Source of the DNA: Alphaproteobacteria bacterium
GTDB taxonomy: Bacteria; Pseudomonadota; Alphaproteobacteria; SP197
Length of the DNA stretch: 64,000 nucleotides
NCBI GenBank assembly: GCA_964291265.2
Contig: OZ219747.1
Coordinates: 4,224,001 to 4,288,000 of the forward strand
Direction: 5' to 3'
The position numbers and the translations under genes are program-made. Positions within the stretch are counted from its first letter, which is position 1. Each line of letters begins with the position of its first letter. Under the pieces are notes generated by a model. It was not told where the DNA came from. It did not search any database and saw only the letters and a program-made list of their open reading frames with translations. Shown piece after piece: positions 19,722 to 29,590 of the stretch.

Positions 19722-21215
19722 ATGGCGATCGACGAGGACACGCGGGCGACGATCGTGCGGCTGTCGCGGGCCGAGGGCTGGGCTGTGGGGACGATTGCCC
19801 GGCATCTCGGCGTGCACCACGGCACGGTGACGCGGGCGCTCAAGGCGTCGGGGCAGGAGCGGCGGCCGCGGGCCAAGCTCATCGACCCCTTCGTTGCCTT
19901 CCTCGGGGAGCGTCTTGAGGCGTCGCCGGACCTTCCGGCCAGCACGCTCTGGCGACAGGTCGTGGCTCTGGGCTACCGCGGCGGCGAGGATCACTTCCGT
20001 CACGACCTGCGCCGCCTCGGGCTGAGGCCGGTGAAGAGGCCCGAGCCGTCGCTGCGGCTGAGCTTCCTTCCGGGCGAGCAGGCGCAGGTTGACTGGGCCG
20101 AGTTCGGGAAGGTCCGCATTGGCCGGGCGGAGCGCAGGCTCATGGGGCTTCTCGTCACCCTCAGCTACTCGCGCCAGACTGTCCTGAGCCTGTTCCACGA
20201 CGCGCGGATGGCCAGCTTCCTGCAAGGCCATGTCGAGGCTTTCGCGGCATTCGGGGGTGTGCCGCGGAGGCTTCTGTACGACAACCTGAAGAGTGCCGTG
20301 GTGACGCGCCGCGGCAAGGCGGTCACCTATCATCCGATGCTGCTCGGCCTCGCGGCCCACTATGCCTTCGAACCGAGCGCCGCCTGGCCCAGGAGCCCGC
20401 AGGAGAAGGGCCGCGTGGAACGCCGTGTGCGCTTCGCGCGCACCGGGTTCTTCGCCGGGCGCGACATCACGGTCCCGCTCGGCGAGCTCAACGCCGCAGT
20501 TCGGGAGTGGTGCTTCGGCGCCGCCGCGGAGCGGCCCTGGCCGGACGACGACAGTCTCCTGGTGCGGGACGCCTTCGCCCGGGAGAGGGAGCACCTGATC
20601 GTCCTTCCCGCCGATCCCTTCCCGCATCACGAGGTCCGCCCGGTGCGCATCGACAAGACCTGCCACGCCCGCTTCGACACCAACGACTACAGCGTTCCGG
20701 GTAGCTTCTCCAAGGCCCTGCTGACGCTGGTCGCCGACCGCGACGAGGTTCGCATCCTCGACGGCGCCGACGAGGTCGCGCGCCACCGACGCTCCTACGA
20801 CAGGAAGCAGGCCGTCACCGATCCGGAGCATGCCAGGGCGATCGCCGCGGGCAAGCGGCGGGCCCGCTCCATGAGCGTCCGCGACCGGGTCCTGCGCACC
20901 GTGCCGCGGGCCGAGGAGATGCTGGCGCGCGCCGGGACCAACGGGCGCAACGTGGCCTCCTGCGCCCGGATGCTGGAGACGCTTCTCAACGCGCACGGCG
21001 CCGACGCTCTCGACCGGGCTGTCGCCACGGCGCTGGAGCGCGGCTCGTGCCACCCCGAAACCGTGCGCGTCATCATCGAGGAGCGCCGCCGGGAGCAGGG
21101 CCTGCCGCCCCTCAGCATCGCCGACGACGGCCGCGGCGGCCGTGGCACGACGCCGCGGGGGACCGCTCTCGACGCCTACGACAGGCCCGAAGCCAGCGCC
21201 AGGAACAAGACATGA
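19722..21215 (+). CDS. istA: IS21 transposase IstA (copy A)
   Basis: 497 aa, DDE motifs as in copy B; GGAGGGAG RBS. Confidence 0.93.
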   Translation: MAIDEDTRATIVRLSRAEGWAVGTIARHLGVHHGTVTRALKASGQERRPRAKLIDPFVAFLGERLEASPDLPASTLWRQVVALGYRGGEDHFRHDLRRLGLRPVKRPEPSLRLSFLPGEQAQVDWAEFGKVRIGRAERRLMGLLVTLSYSRQTVLSLFHDARMASFLQGHVEAFAAFGGVPRRLLYDNLKSAVVTRRGKAVTYHPMLLGLAAHYAFEPSAAWPRSPQEKGRVERRVRFARTGFFAGRDITVPLGELNAAVREWCFGAAAERPWPDDDSLLVRDAFAREREHLIVLPADPFPHHEVRPVRIDKTCHARFDTNDYSVPGSFSKALLTLVADRDEVRILDGADEVARHRRSYDRKQAVTDPEHARAIAAGKRRARSMSVRDRVLRTVPRAEEMLARAGTNGRNVASCARMLETLLNAHGADALDRAVATALERGSCHPETVRVIIEERRREQGLPPLSIADDGRGGRGTTPRGTALDAYDRPEASARNKT

Positions 21216-21913
21216 GCGAGCTCAGGGAGCGTGCCCGGGCGCTCGGCCTCCACGGGCTCGTCGAACGCTGGGACGAGGTCGCCGGGACCGCATGGATCGA
21301 GGAGGTGGTCAGCGGCGAGGAACAGGCCCGCAGGGCCCGCAGCCACGAGCGCCGCCGCGCCGCGGCGCGGCTGCCCGCCTTCAAGCCCCTGGCGGACTTC
21401 GACTGGACATGGCCGCGCGACATCAGCCGGGCTCATGTCGAAGCGCTCCTCGGCCTCGGCTTCGTCGACCGTGCGGACAACGCCGTGCTCGTCGGCGGGC
21501 AGGGCACCGGAAAGACCATGATCGCCGCCAACGTGGCTCACCAGGCCCTGCTGCACGGCCACACCGTCCGCTTCGAGAAGGCGCCGGAACTGCTCGAGGC
21601 ACTCGCCGAGACCGTCTCGCGCAGCGAGCTGCGCCGCCGCCTCGCGATCCTCGCCAGGCCCCGCCTGCTCGTCCTCGACGAAATCGGCTACGTGACCCTC
21701 GAAAGCCACCATGCCGACATCCTCTACGCCATCGTCTCGCGGCGCTATCAGCGCCGCTCGACCATGGTCACGACAAGCCTCGCCTTCGCCCAGTGGGACC
21801 GCGTCTTCCCCAGCGCCTCCGGCATCGCCGGCACCGTCGACCGGCTCATGCACGACGCAACCCTCATCTCCATCGACAGCGACTCCTGGCGGCTCAGGCG
21901 TGAAACCCGATAA
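21212..21913 (+). CDS. istB: IS21 helper ATPase IstB (copy A)
   Basis: ATGA overlap with istA stop; Walker A and B motifs. Confidence 0.92.
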   Translation: MSELRERARALGLHGLVERWDEVAGTAWIEEVVSGEEQARRARSHERRRAAARLPAFKPLADFDWTWPRDISRAHVEALLGLGFVDRADNAVLVGGQGTGKTMIAANVAHQALLHGHTVRFEKAPELLEALAETVSRSELRRRLAILARPRLLVLDEIGYVTLESHHADILYAIVSRRYQRRSTMVTTSLAFAQWDRVFPSASGIAGTVDRLMHDATLISIDSDSWRLRRETR

Positions 21914-22793
21914 ACCCCGCCGCGTCGACTTCGACGCCGTCAAGCGCATGCCGTTCGAACGCATCGCCGCCGACTGGGGATACGTCCGCGACGAACAGGC
22001 CTCGACACGCGCCAACCCCGTCCTGTGCGCACCCGGCCTGCCGAAGCTCGTCACGAAGTGCCTCAACAACGGACACTGGGTCTACTTCAACACCCAGAAC
22101 GATGAAGACAACGGAACCGTCATCGACTTCATGCTCAACCGCGGACTGGCCTTCGCCGACATCTGCACCCGCTTCGCAGCACCCGACGCCGCGCCACGCG
22201 ACTTCCGCAGCCTCTGGGCCGCGGCAACGCCCGATGCGGCCCCGGACTGGCTCACCGGGCGCGGCATCCTCCCGGAGACCCTCGACACCTGCCGCCCCCT
22301 GGTCCGCCGCGACCACAACGGACGCGTCCTCTTCGCCCATCGCAACAGGAAGCGAAAGCTCACCGGCTTCGAGATCGGTCCCCCCGACGGACCGAAACGC
22401 TTCGCCACCGGTGGAACCCGAAGCCTGTTCGCCGTCCGCGCCGGAACCGCCGCGGACCTCGAGGCCCTCGTCATCACCGAAAGCGCCGTCGACGCCCTCA
22501 GCCTGGCCCAGATCGACCAATGTCCCCCCAGCCACGCCTTCCTCTCCACCGCCGGGGCACCCTCGCGAAGACAGCACGAACAGATCAGCCTCGCCGCAAG
22601 CAGCCTGCCCAACGTCAGGACCATCGTCCTCGCCCAGGACCACGACGAGGCCGGAGAGCGACAGGCCGAAACCCTGCGCAAAAAGATGAAGCTCCCCTCC
22701 CACGTCTCGTTCCACAGACGCAGACCGCCGGAAAACGCCGACTGGAACGACGTCGTCAACGCCAGGACCAAAGAACCACAAGCGAGATCATGA
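21900..22793 (+). CDS. DUF3991/Toprim-domain primase-like protein (ORF4, copy A)
   Basis: Toprim acidic motifs TESAVD and DHD, terminal DWND; 297 aa from GTG. Confidence 0.8.
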   Translation: MKPDKPRRVDFDAVKRMPFERIAADWGYVRDEQASTRANPVLCAPGLPKLVTKCLNNGHWVYFNTQNDEDNGTVIDFMLNRGLAFADICTRFAAPDAAPRDFRSLWAAATPDAAPDWLTGRGILPETLDTCRPLVRRDHNGRVLFAHRNRKRKLTGFEIGPPDGPKRFATGGTRSLFAVRAGTAADLEALVITESAVDALSLAQIDQCPPSHAFLSTAGAPSRRQHEQISLAASSLPNVRTIVLAQDHDEAGERQAETLRKKMKLPSHVSFHRRRPPENADWNDVVNARTKEPQARS

Positions 22794-22819
22794 CCACGTC
22801 CGTCACAAGGAGACCACTC

Positions 22820-23110
22820 ATGCCCCTCACGCCCGCCGAAAAGCAGCGGTGATACCGGGAACGGCGCAAGGCCGGCATCCCTCCCGTCCACACCCCAAAG
22901 CACCGTGACCGGCGCTCGCGACCGCAACGCTGGAACGACGCCGTGGCCGAACTGCGCTCCCTGCAGGACGAATGGCGTGACCACCTCGACAGCATCCCCG
23001 AAAGCCTCCGTGACACGCCTTACGGAGAACGCCTGCAGAGCGTCGCCGATGCCGACATCGAGGCCCTCGAGGACATCGAACCGCCACGCGGCTACGGAAG
23101 GGATACGTGA
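22820..23110 (+). pseudogene. ORF5 of copy A with nonsense mutation
   Basis: CGA to TGA at 22850-22852 relative to copies B and C. Confidence 0.75.
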
Positions 23111-23704
23111 TCCCGCAAGACCCTTGAACGCGGTCACGCGTTACCATCCAGGAATGAGAACGTCTCACCCCGACGCGCCGCTCAGCCTCCCCGGGAAACA
23201 CCCGGGCCGTCCAAACGACACCGCATCACGAGACTGCCGCAGCCTCTGAGCCGCAGCGACGCCCGATCCGCCGCCGGACTGGCTCACAGGTCGCAGCATC
23301 CGCCCGAAAACACTCGACGCCTGCCGCACCCTGCAGGACGAATGGCGTGACCGCCTCGACAGCATCCCCGAAACCCTCCGTGACACGCCTTACGGAGAAC
23401 GCCTGCAGAGCGTCGCCGATGCCGACATCGAGGCTCTCGAGGACATCGAACCGCCACGCGGCTACGGAAGGGACACGTAATCTCGCAAGACCCTTGAACG
23501 CGGTCACGCGTTACCATCCAGGAATGAGAACGTCTCACCCCGACGCGCCGCTCAGCCTCCCCGGGAAACCCCCGGGCCGTCCAAACGACACCACATCACG
23601 AGACTGCCGCAGCCGCTGAGCCGCAGCAACGCCCGATCCGCCGCCGGACTGGCTCACAGGTCGCAGCATCCGCCCGAAAACACTCGACGCCTGCCGCACC
23701 CTGC
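22959..23704 (+). repeat. Tandem duplication with ~370-bp period in the element tail (about 346-347 bp in copies B and C)
   Basis: CTGCAGGACGAATGG at 22961 and 23331; each unit is ORF5 3' half plus spacer plus a decayed Toprim-gene fragment. Confidence 0.9.
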
Positions 23705-24078
23705 GCCGCCGCAACCGCAACGCACGCAGCCTCTTCGCCCAGCGCAACAGAAACCGTCAGCTCTCCAGCCTCGAGATCGTCCCGCCCGACGAACCACGAC
23801 GAGGACGGAGAACGCCAGAACGAAACCACGCGCAAAAGCCTGAAGCTCCCCTCCCACATCACGTTCCACAAACGCCGAACGCCAGAAAACGCCGACCGGA
23901 ACGACATCGTCAACGTCAATGCAAGACCAATGGGATCCAACAATAGGCAGAAAACAAAGACCGGGCGGACCTTCGTCCAATGCCGCACGTTCTCCTGTCG
24001 TGGTCACCCACTCACACGATCAGCGCCCAAAAGAGCGGTTCTCCGCCAATATCCCGCCGTTCTAAATCGCCGCCGACA

Positions 24079-24424
24079 ACAGGTCCGAAAACGCATCGTG
24101 GCTCGGAATGCCGTGCTTCAAGCTCATGAAACGGCGCAGAAACCCCTCCTTGGCCCGACCGAACCGCTCCATGTCCGCGCATCCCTCCCCGCCGCACAAG
24201 GTCGAAAGCAACGCAATCATCAGCATCTCGTGCAGCGAATGGCGCGTCGCATTGCTGCGACGCGGGTCCGCAACCCCTTCGAATACGGACGAAAACTCTT
24301 CCATCCCACACCTCCACTCTCCAGAAACCCAAGCGTGATCGACGTCCGGCGGTACCAACCGGCATGCATGCCGCGCCGCGCAAAATTTTTTACATCATGC
24401 CACAGGGTGCGCATGCGGGGCCTG
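24079..24424 (-). mobile_element. ISAs1-family fragment: probable left end and transposase N-terminus (24079-24304), truncated by copy A
   Basis: MEEFSSVFEGVADPRRSNATRHSLHEMLMIALL..LCGGE.CADMERFG...GIPSHDAFS; probable CAGG end at 24424. Confidence 0.85.
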
Positions 24425-24697
24425 CCGGTAAGCGTTCGGTCGCGCAGTGATTGTTGGTGATATTCACCGGTTGAGGATGAGTTTCCAGTCTTTGCGGAGA
24501 GGCCTCAGCCAGATGTCCTTTTTGGACGAAGGCCGCTTCGCGGCCTTGGGTGCTTGTGATCGAGCACTGTGCTGAGCAATCGATGTGAGCGGTTGTGTTG
24601 AGAGATCGACGTTCCTGATGTTTCGATGATCTGATCGAGGCACCACACTTCCTGGTCTCCCGACTGTTCGGGAGGGCCATCAACCAGGGAGTGAGAG

Positions 24698-25266
24698 ATG
24701 AAGGCAAAGGAAGTTTCGCCTCTGCGCCAGAAGACGATCGATGTGATGACGATGAAGGGTCTGTCGTCTGGCACGCAGGAGAACTATCTGCGTGAGATTA
24801 CGATGTTCGACCTCTATACCGGACATCAGCTGGAGAGTCAGACGGGCGAGGCGATCGGGGCCTGGATCCTGGAGCGGATTGGCAAGGGTCTGGCGCCGCG
24901 CACGACCAACGTCACGGTGACGGCGATCCGCCTGTTCTATGATAGTGTGCTCGGTCAGCCCGAGAAGGTCGAACATCTGCGTTGTCGCCGGGTTCCCGAC
25001 CGCCTGCCGCGGACGATCCCTTCAAGAGGATGTCGAGCATCTGATCCAGGCGTTCACCGACGTACGCTACCGCACGGCAACCGTTGTTGCCTACGGCGCT
25101 GCGCTGCGCATCTCGGAAGTGGTGTCGCTGCAGGTCACGGACATCCGCCGTGAGCAAGGTCTCCTGCACATCCGCGAGGGCAAGGGCCACCACGAGCGCA
25201 TGGCCTATCTGCCCGACGCCGTGCTCAAGGAACTGGAGCGCTACTGGAAGACCACCTGGCCACGTC
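24698..25266 (+). pseudogene. Tyrosine recombinase/integrase, frameshifted near 25021 and truncated by an ISAs1 end
   Basis: SPLRQK...T..NY (SAM-like N-terminus), YGAALRISEVVSLQVTDI, IREGKG..ER; C-terminal HxxR/Y motifs missing. Confidence 0.85.
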
Positions 25267-25529
25267 CAGGACCATTCTTTTGTCAGTCCTGTGGATTGTT
25301 GATGTGACAGGGACCGGCATGGTTGAGGCGCCCGGGTTCACTGTGGGCTGGTTTCAGTGGGCACTGCTGGTGCATCAGGGCTCACCAGGCACGTTTTTTC
25401 GAGTGTGCGAACAGAGCTGTCCTGTTGCGCCGTCAGGCGGCGCGTTCCCGGCTTGTGGCGCGGGGTCAGGAGCGAAGGTTCATCCGCCGGGCGGGATGAG
25501 GATAGCGTCGAGTGCGTCCTGGGCGCGAG

Positions 25530-27900
25530 CTTTCAACCAGACACTGTTGAATCCATCTTTTTCAGCATATCGAGTTCCTGCAGTTTCCGCATATTTCGGT
25601 GATGTTCGACGAAGGTGAGGAGGATTTCGTATCCCTGCCAGAGTTTCTCAGTCCCCGGCAGGGGTTGACGTTTTCTGGGAATGAAGCCCGCCAGGCGTGC
25701 GACGTCGACGGCGAAGGCTGCGATGGTCGGTTCGGGATCGGGAGGTCCACGCGGCGTGCGCTGTCGGCTGACCTTATAGATGTTCAGGACCGTGATCTCG
25801 TCGCGGTGGACGATGTGGCTTGCCGGGGTGTCTGGTGCCGAGCGTGCGAGGCGCTCGACGGTCATGACGCGGCATGCGGTGATGGCGTCGAAGGCCAGAC
25901 ACTTCCTCAGATCGTCGGCCTGGTTGAGGCGCCGGTCCTTGATCCGGGTGCCGACCTTCAGGGCCTTGAAATACTCTTCGATCCACCATCGCCTCTCGTA
26001 GAAGGAGACGGTCTTGAGGGCATCGTCTGCGGTGACGTCGCCTTCGGTGGTGAGCAGCATCCAGTCGAGAGGATCGCGGCCTGGCGGTGGAGCGGGTTCC
26101 GTGACCCGCACGGCCATCATGGAGAGCGGCGGCGTTGCCTGAGGCTTCTTGTCCGGCGGAGCCAGGTCGACCCTTGCCGCACGGACTTCGAGGCGTACGC
26201 CCTTGCGCTCCTTGCGACGACGCGGCCCTCCGCAGGCTGCGATGTCGATCTGCTTCGTTGCGATGCACGGCTCGTCCGCCATGTAGTCCCAAAGGTCCCG
26301 GCAGGCGCCCGTTGCGGTGACCACGCGGCGCCGTGTCGAGCGCCTGACGCGCACCAGCAGACCGGCCTCGTGCTCCGTGCTCCGGGCCAGCAGGTCCCAG
26401 ATGTCGCCTTCACGGTCACAGATCACCAACACCCTTGTCGAAGGACAGGCAGCGGCAAGTTCCACGGCCTTGTCGTACCCGTCGAGCCAGCGCCGGCTCT
26501 CCTTGTCGTCTGGCTCGTCCTTCTTCTGATCCGGCTTGAGACGGAAGTCGGCGTCGAGATGGAACAGGCCGAGGGATGAGCCGCCTTCGCTGAAGGCAAC
26601 TCCGGCATGGGCCGCCATGCCAAGGGCGCCCGAGCCGCCGCCGCCGATGTCAACAAGACCCTTGGTCGCCTCCAAGCCGTTGTCATTCAAGAACGTCGTG
26701 TCCTGGATGGCAAGAATCAGGCGCTGCGAACGGCAGCGTTCCACCATCGCTTCCTGGTGCCCCTCAAGGATATGCTCCATCGTCACCCTCGGATTCGACA
26801 ACAGGCGGTAGGCCGCCTTCTGCTCCGCCTCGCCGGGGAAGATCACCGGCAGGATCGCGCCGGGACGATCGTTCCACGCCCGGCCCATGGTGACAAGGCG
26901 CTCGCGGATGCGCACGTCACTGTGGCTGCTGCGGGCGTACTCCCTCATCGCCCAGTCGGTCCTGTCATCACCGACAAGGGGCGCCGCCTGGCCCATGACA
27001 CGCTCAGGCTCCCGGCACAGCACGGCGCGCCAGTCAGACGACAGGGGCTTCATCCATACGGACCGCTGCACGCCCGGGCCGGTGGCCCCGGGAGGTCGAC
27101 CCGAGGTCATCTCCTCACAGCGCTCCCAGCCCGCCGCCCGGTAGCTCACGCCGCTGTGCTCGGGACCCACATACGTGTACGCCAGAACCGGCTTCACCCC
27201 GTACTTCTCGTGCCAGTCCGTAGCCAGACGCCGGCAGGCACAGGCCAGGGCATGGGAGGCCAACTCCTTCACATCCACCGATGGAAGAATCAGGAAGCGA
27301 TCATTGTTGACGATCTCGCCGAGGTGGGCGACACGGGCTCCCTGGGACCAGCCGATGAAGTCGTCGCGCGCCTTCTGGTGCCAACTCGCCGCACCAAACA
27401 CCAGGCCGCCGAGGCGACCGTGGCGCGACGAGGTGATCCAGTAGCTCACCCGGGCTCCGGGTGCGCACGCCTCGCCTTCGGGATGCCAGGTCGCCATCAT
27501 CGAACGGGCCAGGCGCTTGTCCTCGCCCTCGCCCACAGGCTCCAAGGTGACCTCTCCAAGGTCCTCCAGAGAACAGGCGAGGAGCTTGTCGGGATAGTCC
27601 CGCTCAAGGGTGTCGGCGCCGGTGCCGAAGGCATCAGGCCTTGGTGCAGGAAGGGCGATGTCGAGCGACGCAGCAAGGTCAGGCAGGGCCGCACGCGCCG
27701 AGGCAAGACACAGCTCGCCCTTCGCGTTGCGCCACTCCTCGCGCTCGCACAATCCCCGCGCCAGAGACGAGCGTGTGCTGCCCTCGGCAGCCGACGCCGC
27801 CTTCAGCCAGTCAACCGTCGTCGCAGATGTCGAAAGCCGATCCTCATGGGCCACTATGTAAGGCCTCATGAACATCGAGTCAAGCCTGTCCCGTTGAAAG
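25530..27900 (-). mobile_element. IS4-family (IS50/Tn5-like) element, 2371 bp
   Basis: Inverted repeats CTTTCAACnnGACA; 9-bp duplication GGGCGCGAG at 25521-25529 and 27901-27909. Confidence 0.93.
25533..27875 (-). CDS. IS4 transposase with N-terminal DUF4338 (DruA-like) domain
   Basis: ARDDFIGWS, NNDRFLILP, LASHAL, YRAAGW; then WAMREY..D.R, AIQDTT, CDREGD, YERRWWIEEYFKALK; start uncertain. Confidence 0.88.
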   Translation of the reverse strand: MFMRPYIVAHEDRLSTSATTVDWLKAASAAEGSTRSSLARGLCEREEWRNAKGELCLASARAALPDLAASLDIALPAPRPDAFGTGADTLERDYPDKLLACSLEDLGEVTLEPVGEGEDKRLARSMMATWHPEGEACAPGARVSYWITSSRHGRLGGLVFGAASWHQKARDDFIGWSQGARVAHLGEIVNNDRFLILPSVDVKELASHALACACRRLATDWHEKYGVKPVLAYTYVGPEHSGVSYRAAGWERCEEMTSGRPPGATGPGVQRSVWMKPLSSDWRAVLCREPERVMGQAAPLVGDDRTDWAMREYARSSHSDVRIRERLVTMGRAWNDRPGAILPVIFPGEAEQKAAYRLLSNPRVTMEHILEGHQEAMVERCRSQRLILAIQDTTFLNDNGLEATKGLVDIGGGGSGALGMAAHAGVAFSEGGSSLGLFHLDADFRLKPDQKKDEPDDKESRRWLDGYDKAVELAAACPSTRVLVICDREGDIWDLLARSTEHEAGLLVRVRRSTRRRVVTATGACRDLWDYMADEPCIATKQIDIAACGGPRRRKERKGVRLEVRAARVDLAPPDKKPQATPPLSMMAVRVTEPAPPPGRDPLDWMLLTTEGDVTADDALKTVSFYERRWWIEEYFKALKVGTRIKDRRLNQADDLRKCLAFDAITACRVMTVERLARSAPDTPASHIVHRDEITVLNIYKVSRQRTPRGPPDPEPTIAAFAVDVARLAGFIPRKRQPLPGTEKLWQGYEILLTFVEHHRNMRKLQELDMLKKMDSTVSG

Positions 27901-29166
27901 GGGCGCGAGCGGCGTCGTGCCGGTTGGCTTCGGGCATATAGTCGAAATGTCCGCCGCAGCGCACGATGGCGATGGCGGCGTTTGTCAGGCAGGAGAGGTT
28001 GCGTGGCAGATGGCGCACATGGACCCTGCAGCGGTCCTCGTCGTAGGTGAAGTCGCGTACGTAGTGGAGTCGATTTTCGATGACCCAGTGGTCGCGCACG
28101 AGGGCCAGAAGCATCTCGGGTCCGGCGCGTTCGGGAGCGAGCGAGGTGAGGCACCAGGTGGTCTCGACACTGCGTTCTTTGGTCTTGCAGATCTCGCGTT
28201 CGCGCTCGATGCGGATGGCTTGGTGGCGACCGTGGAGAGCGGCGTAGCCGTCCCACTCAGCGCCGGAGATGTCGACCACGGCACAGCGGCGGCGCTCGAT
28301 GCGTCCGTGCCCCTTGTCGAGTGTCTCGAACGAAGCCGCGCCCTTGAAGTCGATGGCCTTGAGGTCGTCGAGCATGGTCTCCTGGTTATCCTTGATCGCC
28401 GTGATGACATAATCGGCGCGGCGCTCGAGAAGCCGTTGCGCGGTCTCGTGCTGAGCGTGCATCGCGTTCAGGGTGACGATGCGGCCCGTGACGTCGATGC
28501 TGCTGGCGAGGTCCCGCACGGCGGGGATCTCGTTGCTCTTCGCGTCGACCTCGACCTGGCCGAGGACCATGCCGGTTCCGTGCTCGACCGCTGCGACCAT
28601 CATCCGCCGCCCGTTTTTGGTCTGCCTGGAGGCGCCGCGGATGTCCTTGCCGTCCATGGCGAGCGGTGTGTCTGCACCGGCCTGCTGGGCCGTCCACAGG
28701 CCGATGGCGTGGTCCAGGGTCTCGGGCGGCAGGTTGGCGAGGATGCTGTGGAAGGTTGTGGACGTGGGCGCCGTGTAGCGCTTCTTCGACGGGCTGTAGA
28801 ACGCACCCACCGCCGCCAGCTGTTCCTGGGTGAGCAGGGCGGCGAACTGAGCGAATGCGCTCACGCCGCGGTAGCCGGCGAGCCGGGCTGCGACGGCGAT
28901 CGCGAGAATGGTTCTCAGCGGATAGCGCTTGCCCCGGGGCTTGCGGCACTCGGGCACCTCGCCCAGGCAGGCGAACAGACTGCGCAGCCCGGACGCGGCC
29001 ATCGGTCCGGCTTGGTCGTGCTGCTCCGCGTTCCAGCTCTCCGGGATCGCGTCCCGGCTCAGCGCCTCGGCGGCGTCGTCGGTCAGTTCGTACATGAAGA
29101 TCTCCTTGGGCTGGCCGTGGTGACGGAAGCGTGCGGCGCCGCCGGGCTTGCGACCGAAGCCTGAGC
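27901..29166 (-). pseudogene. ISAs1-family transposase with residual DUF4338 C-terminus
   Basis: GFGRKPGGAARFRHHGQPKEIFMYEL (DUF4338-like tail), AMDGK, KSNEIP, TLNAMH (usually TLDA.H), HGRIERR, HWVIENRLHYVRD. Confidence 0.88.
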
Positions 29167-29590
29167 TGTTGATGGCTGCATAGAACGGCGGGATTTCGGC
29201 GATTTGCCGCGCTTTGTCAGGGTCGTGTTTCTTCCCTGTTGTCAGGTCCTATTGTCACGTCCTGTTGTCGTGGTTTGAGTGTTCGGCTGGTTGTCTCCCC
29301 GAGCGCCGCCGTCTTTTCCTATTGTCGTTTTGGTCCGGTTCGGGTTCCGTCGACCTCTGCTTCGGTCTTGGTGACGGTTGCCGGGAGGGTTCCGGTTCCG
29401 AGGCACTCGCGGGATTGTTTGTCTTCCCTGTGGGCGGGTCGCGTTGTCCGGTCCCGGGGCGGCGTCTTTGCCGCCGCCCCGGGTGGATGCTAGATCGGCA
29501 TCAAGAGAAAGAGCGATGCGATGCCGGGCGGAGTTGTGACGCCCCCCGGCGCAGCACCCGGACGAGCCGGTCACGGGGGACCGAACTCCC

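Larger units (their letters stand above)
13410..24078 (+). mobile_element. IS21-type element copy A (5344 bp own sequence: 13410-14188 plus 19514-24078), interrupted by copy B
   Basis: Left end TGTTGATGGCTGCATAGAACGGCGGGAT; right end ATCCCGCCGTTCTAAATCGCCGCCGACA. Confidence 0.92.
25267..29166 (-). mobile_element. DUF4338-ISAs1 element, 5'-truncated by copy C and interrupted by IS4
   Basis: End CAGGACCATTCTTTTGTC at 25267; reading frame resumes across the IS4 as AARA-QDALDAILIPPGG* (stop 25480-25482). Confidence 0.85.

Noticed and set aside
22959-23704. CRISPR-like or guide array in the element tail
   Set aside because: Two long units derived from coding sequence, no short repeats with unique spacers, no cas genes
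23587-23920. DGR template repeat for the Toprim gene
   Set aside because: Only about 40% of mismatches are at A in the copy, many other substitution types occur, and there is no reverse transcriptase in the window
13410-24078. Inverted duplication as a pure assembly artefact
   Set aside because: Precise 5-bp duplication at both junctions and copy-specific SNPs and indels favour a real insertion, though reads were not available
24079-24083. Individual target duplications for copies A and C
   Set aside because: Flanks are CGTGC/ACAGG for A and TGAGC/CGTGC for C; only the outer pair matches
25533-28256. 907-aa ORF as a single protein
   Set aside because: The first ~127 codons lie mostly outside the IS4 end (27900) in an alternative frame of the ISAs1 gene
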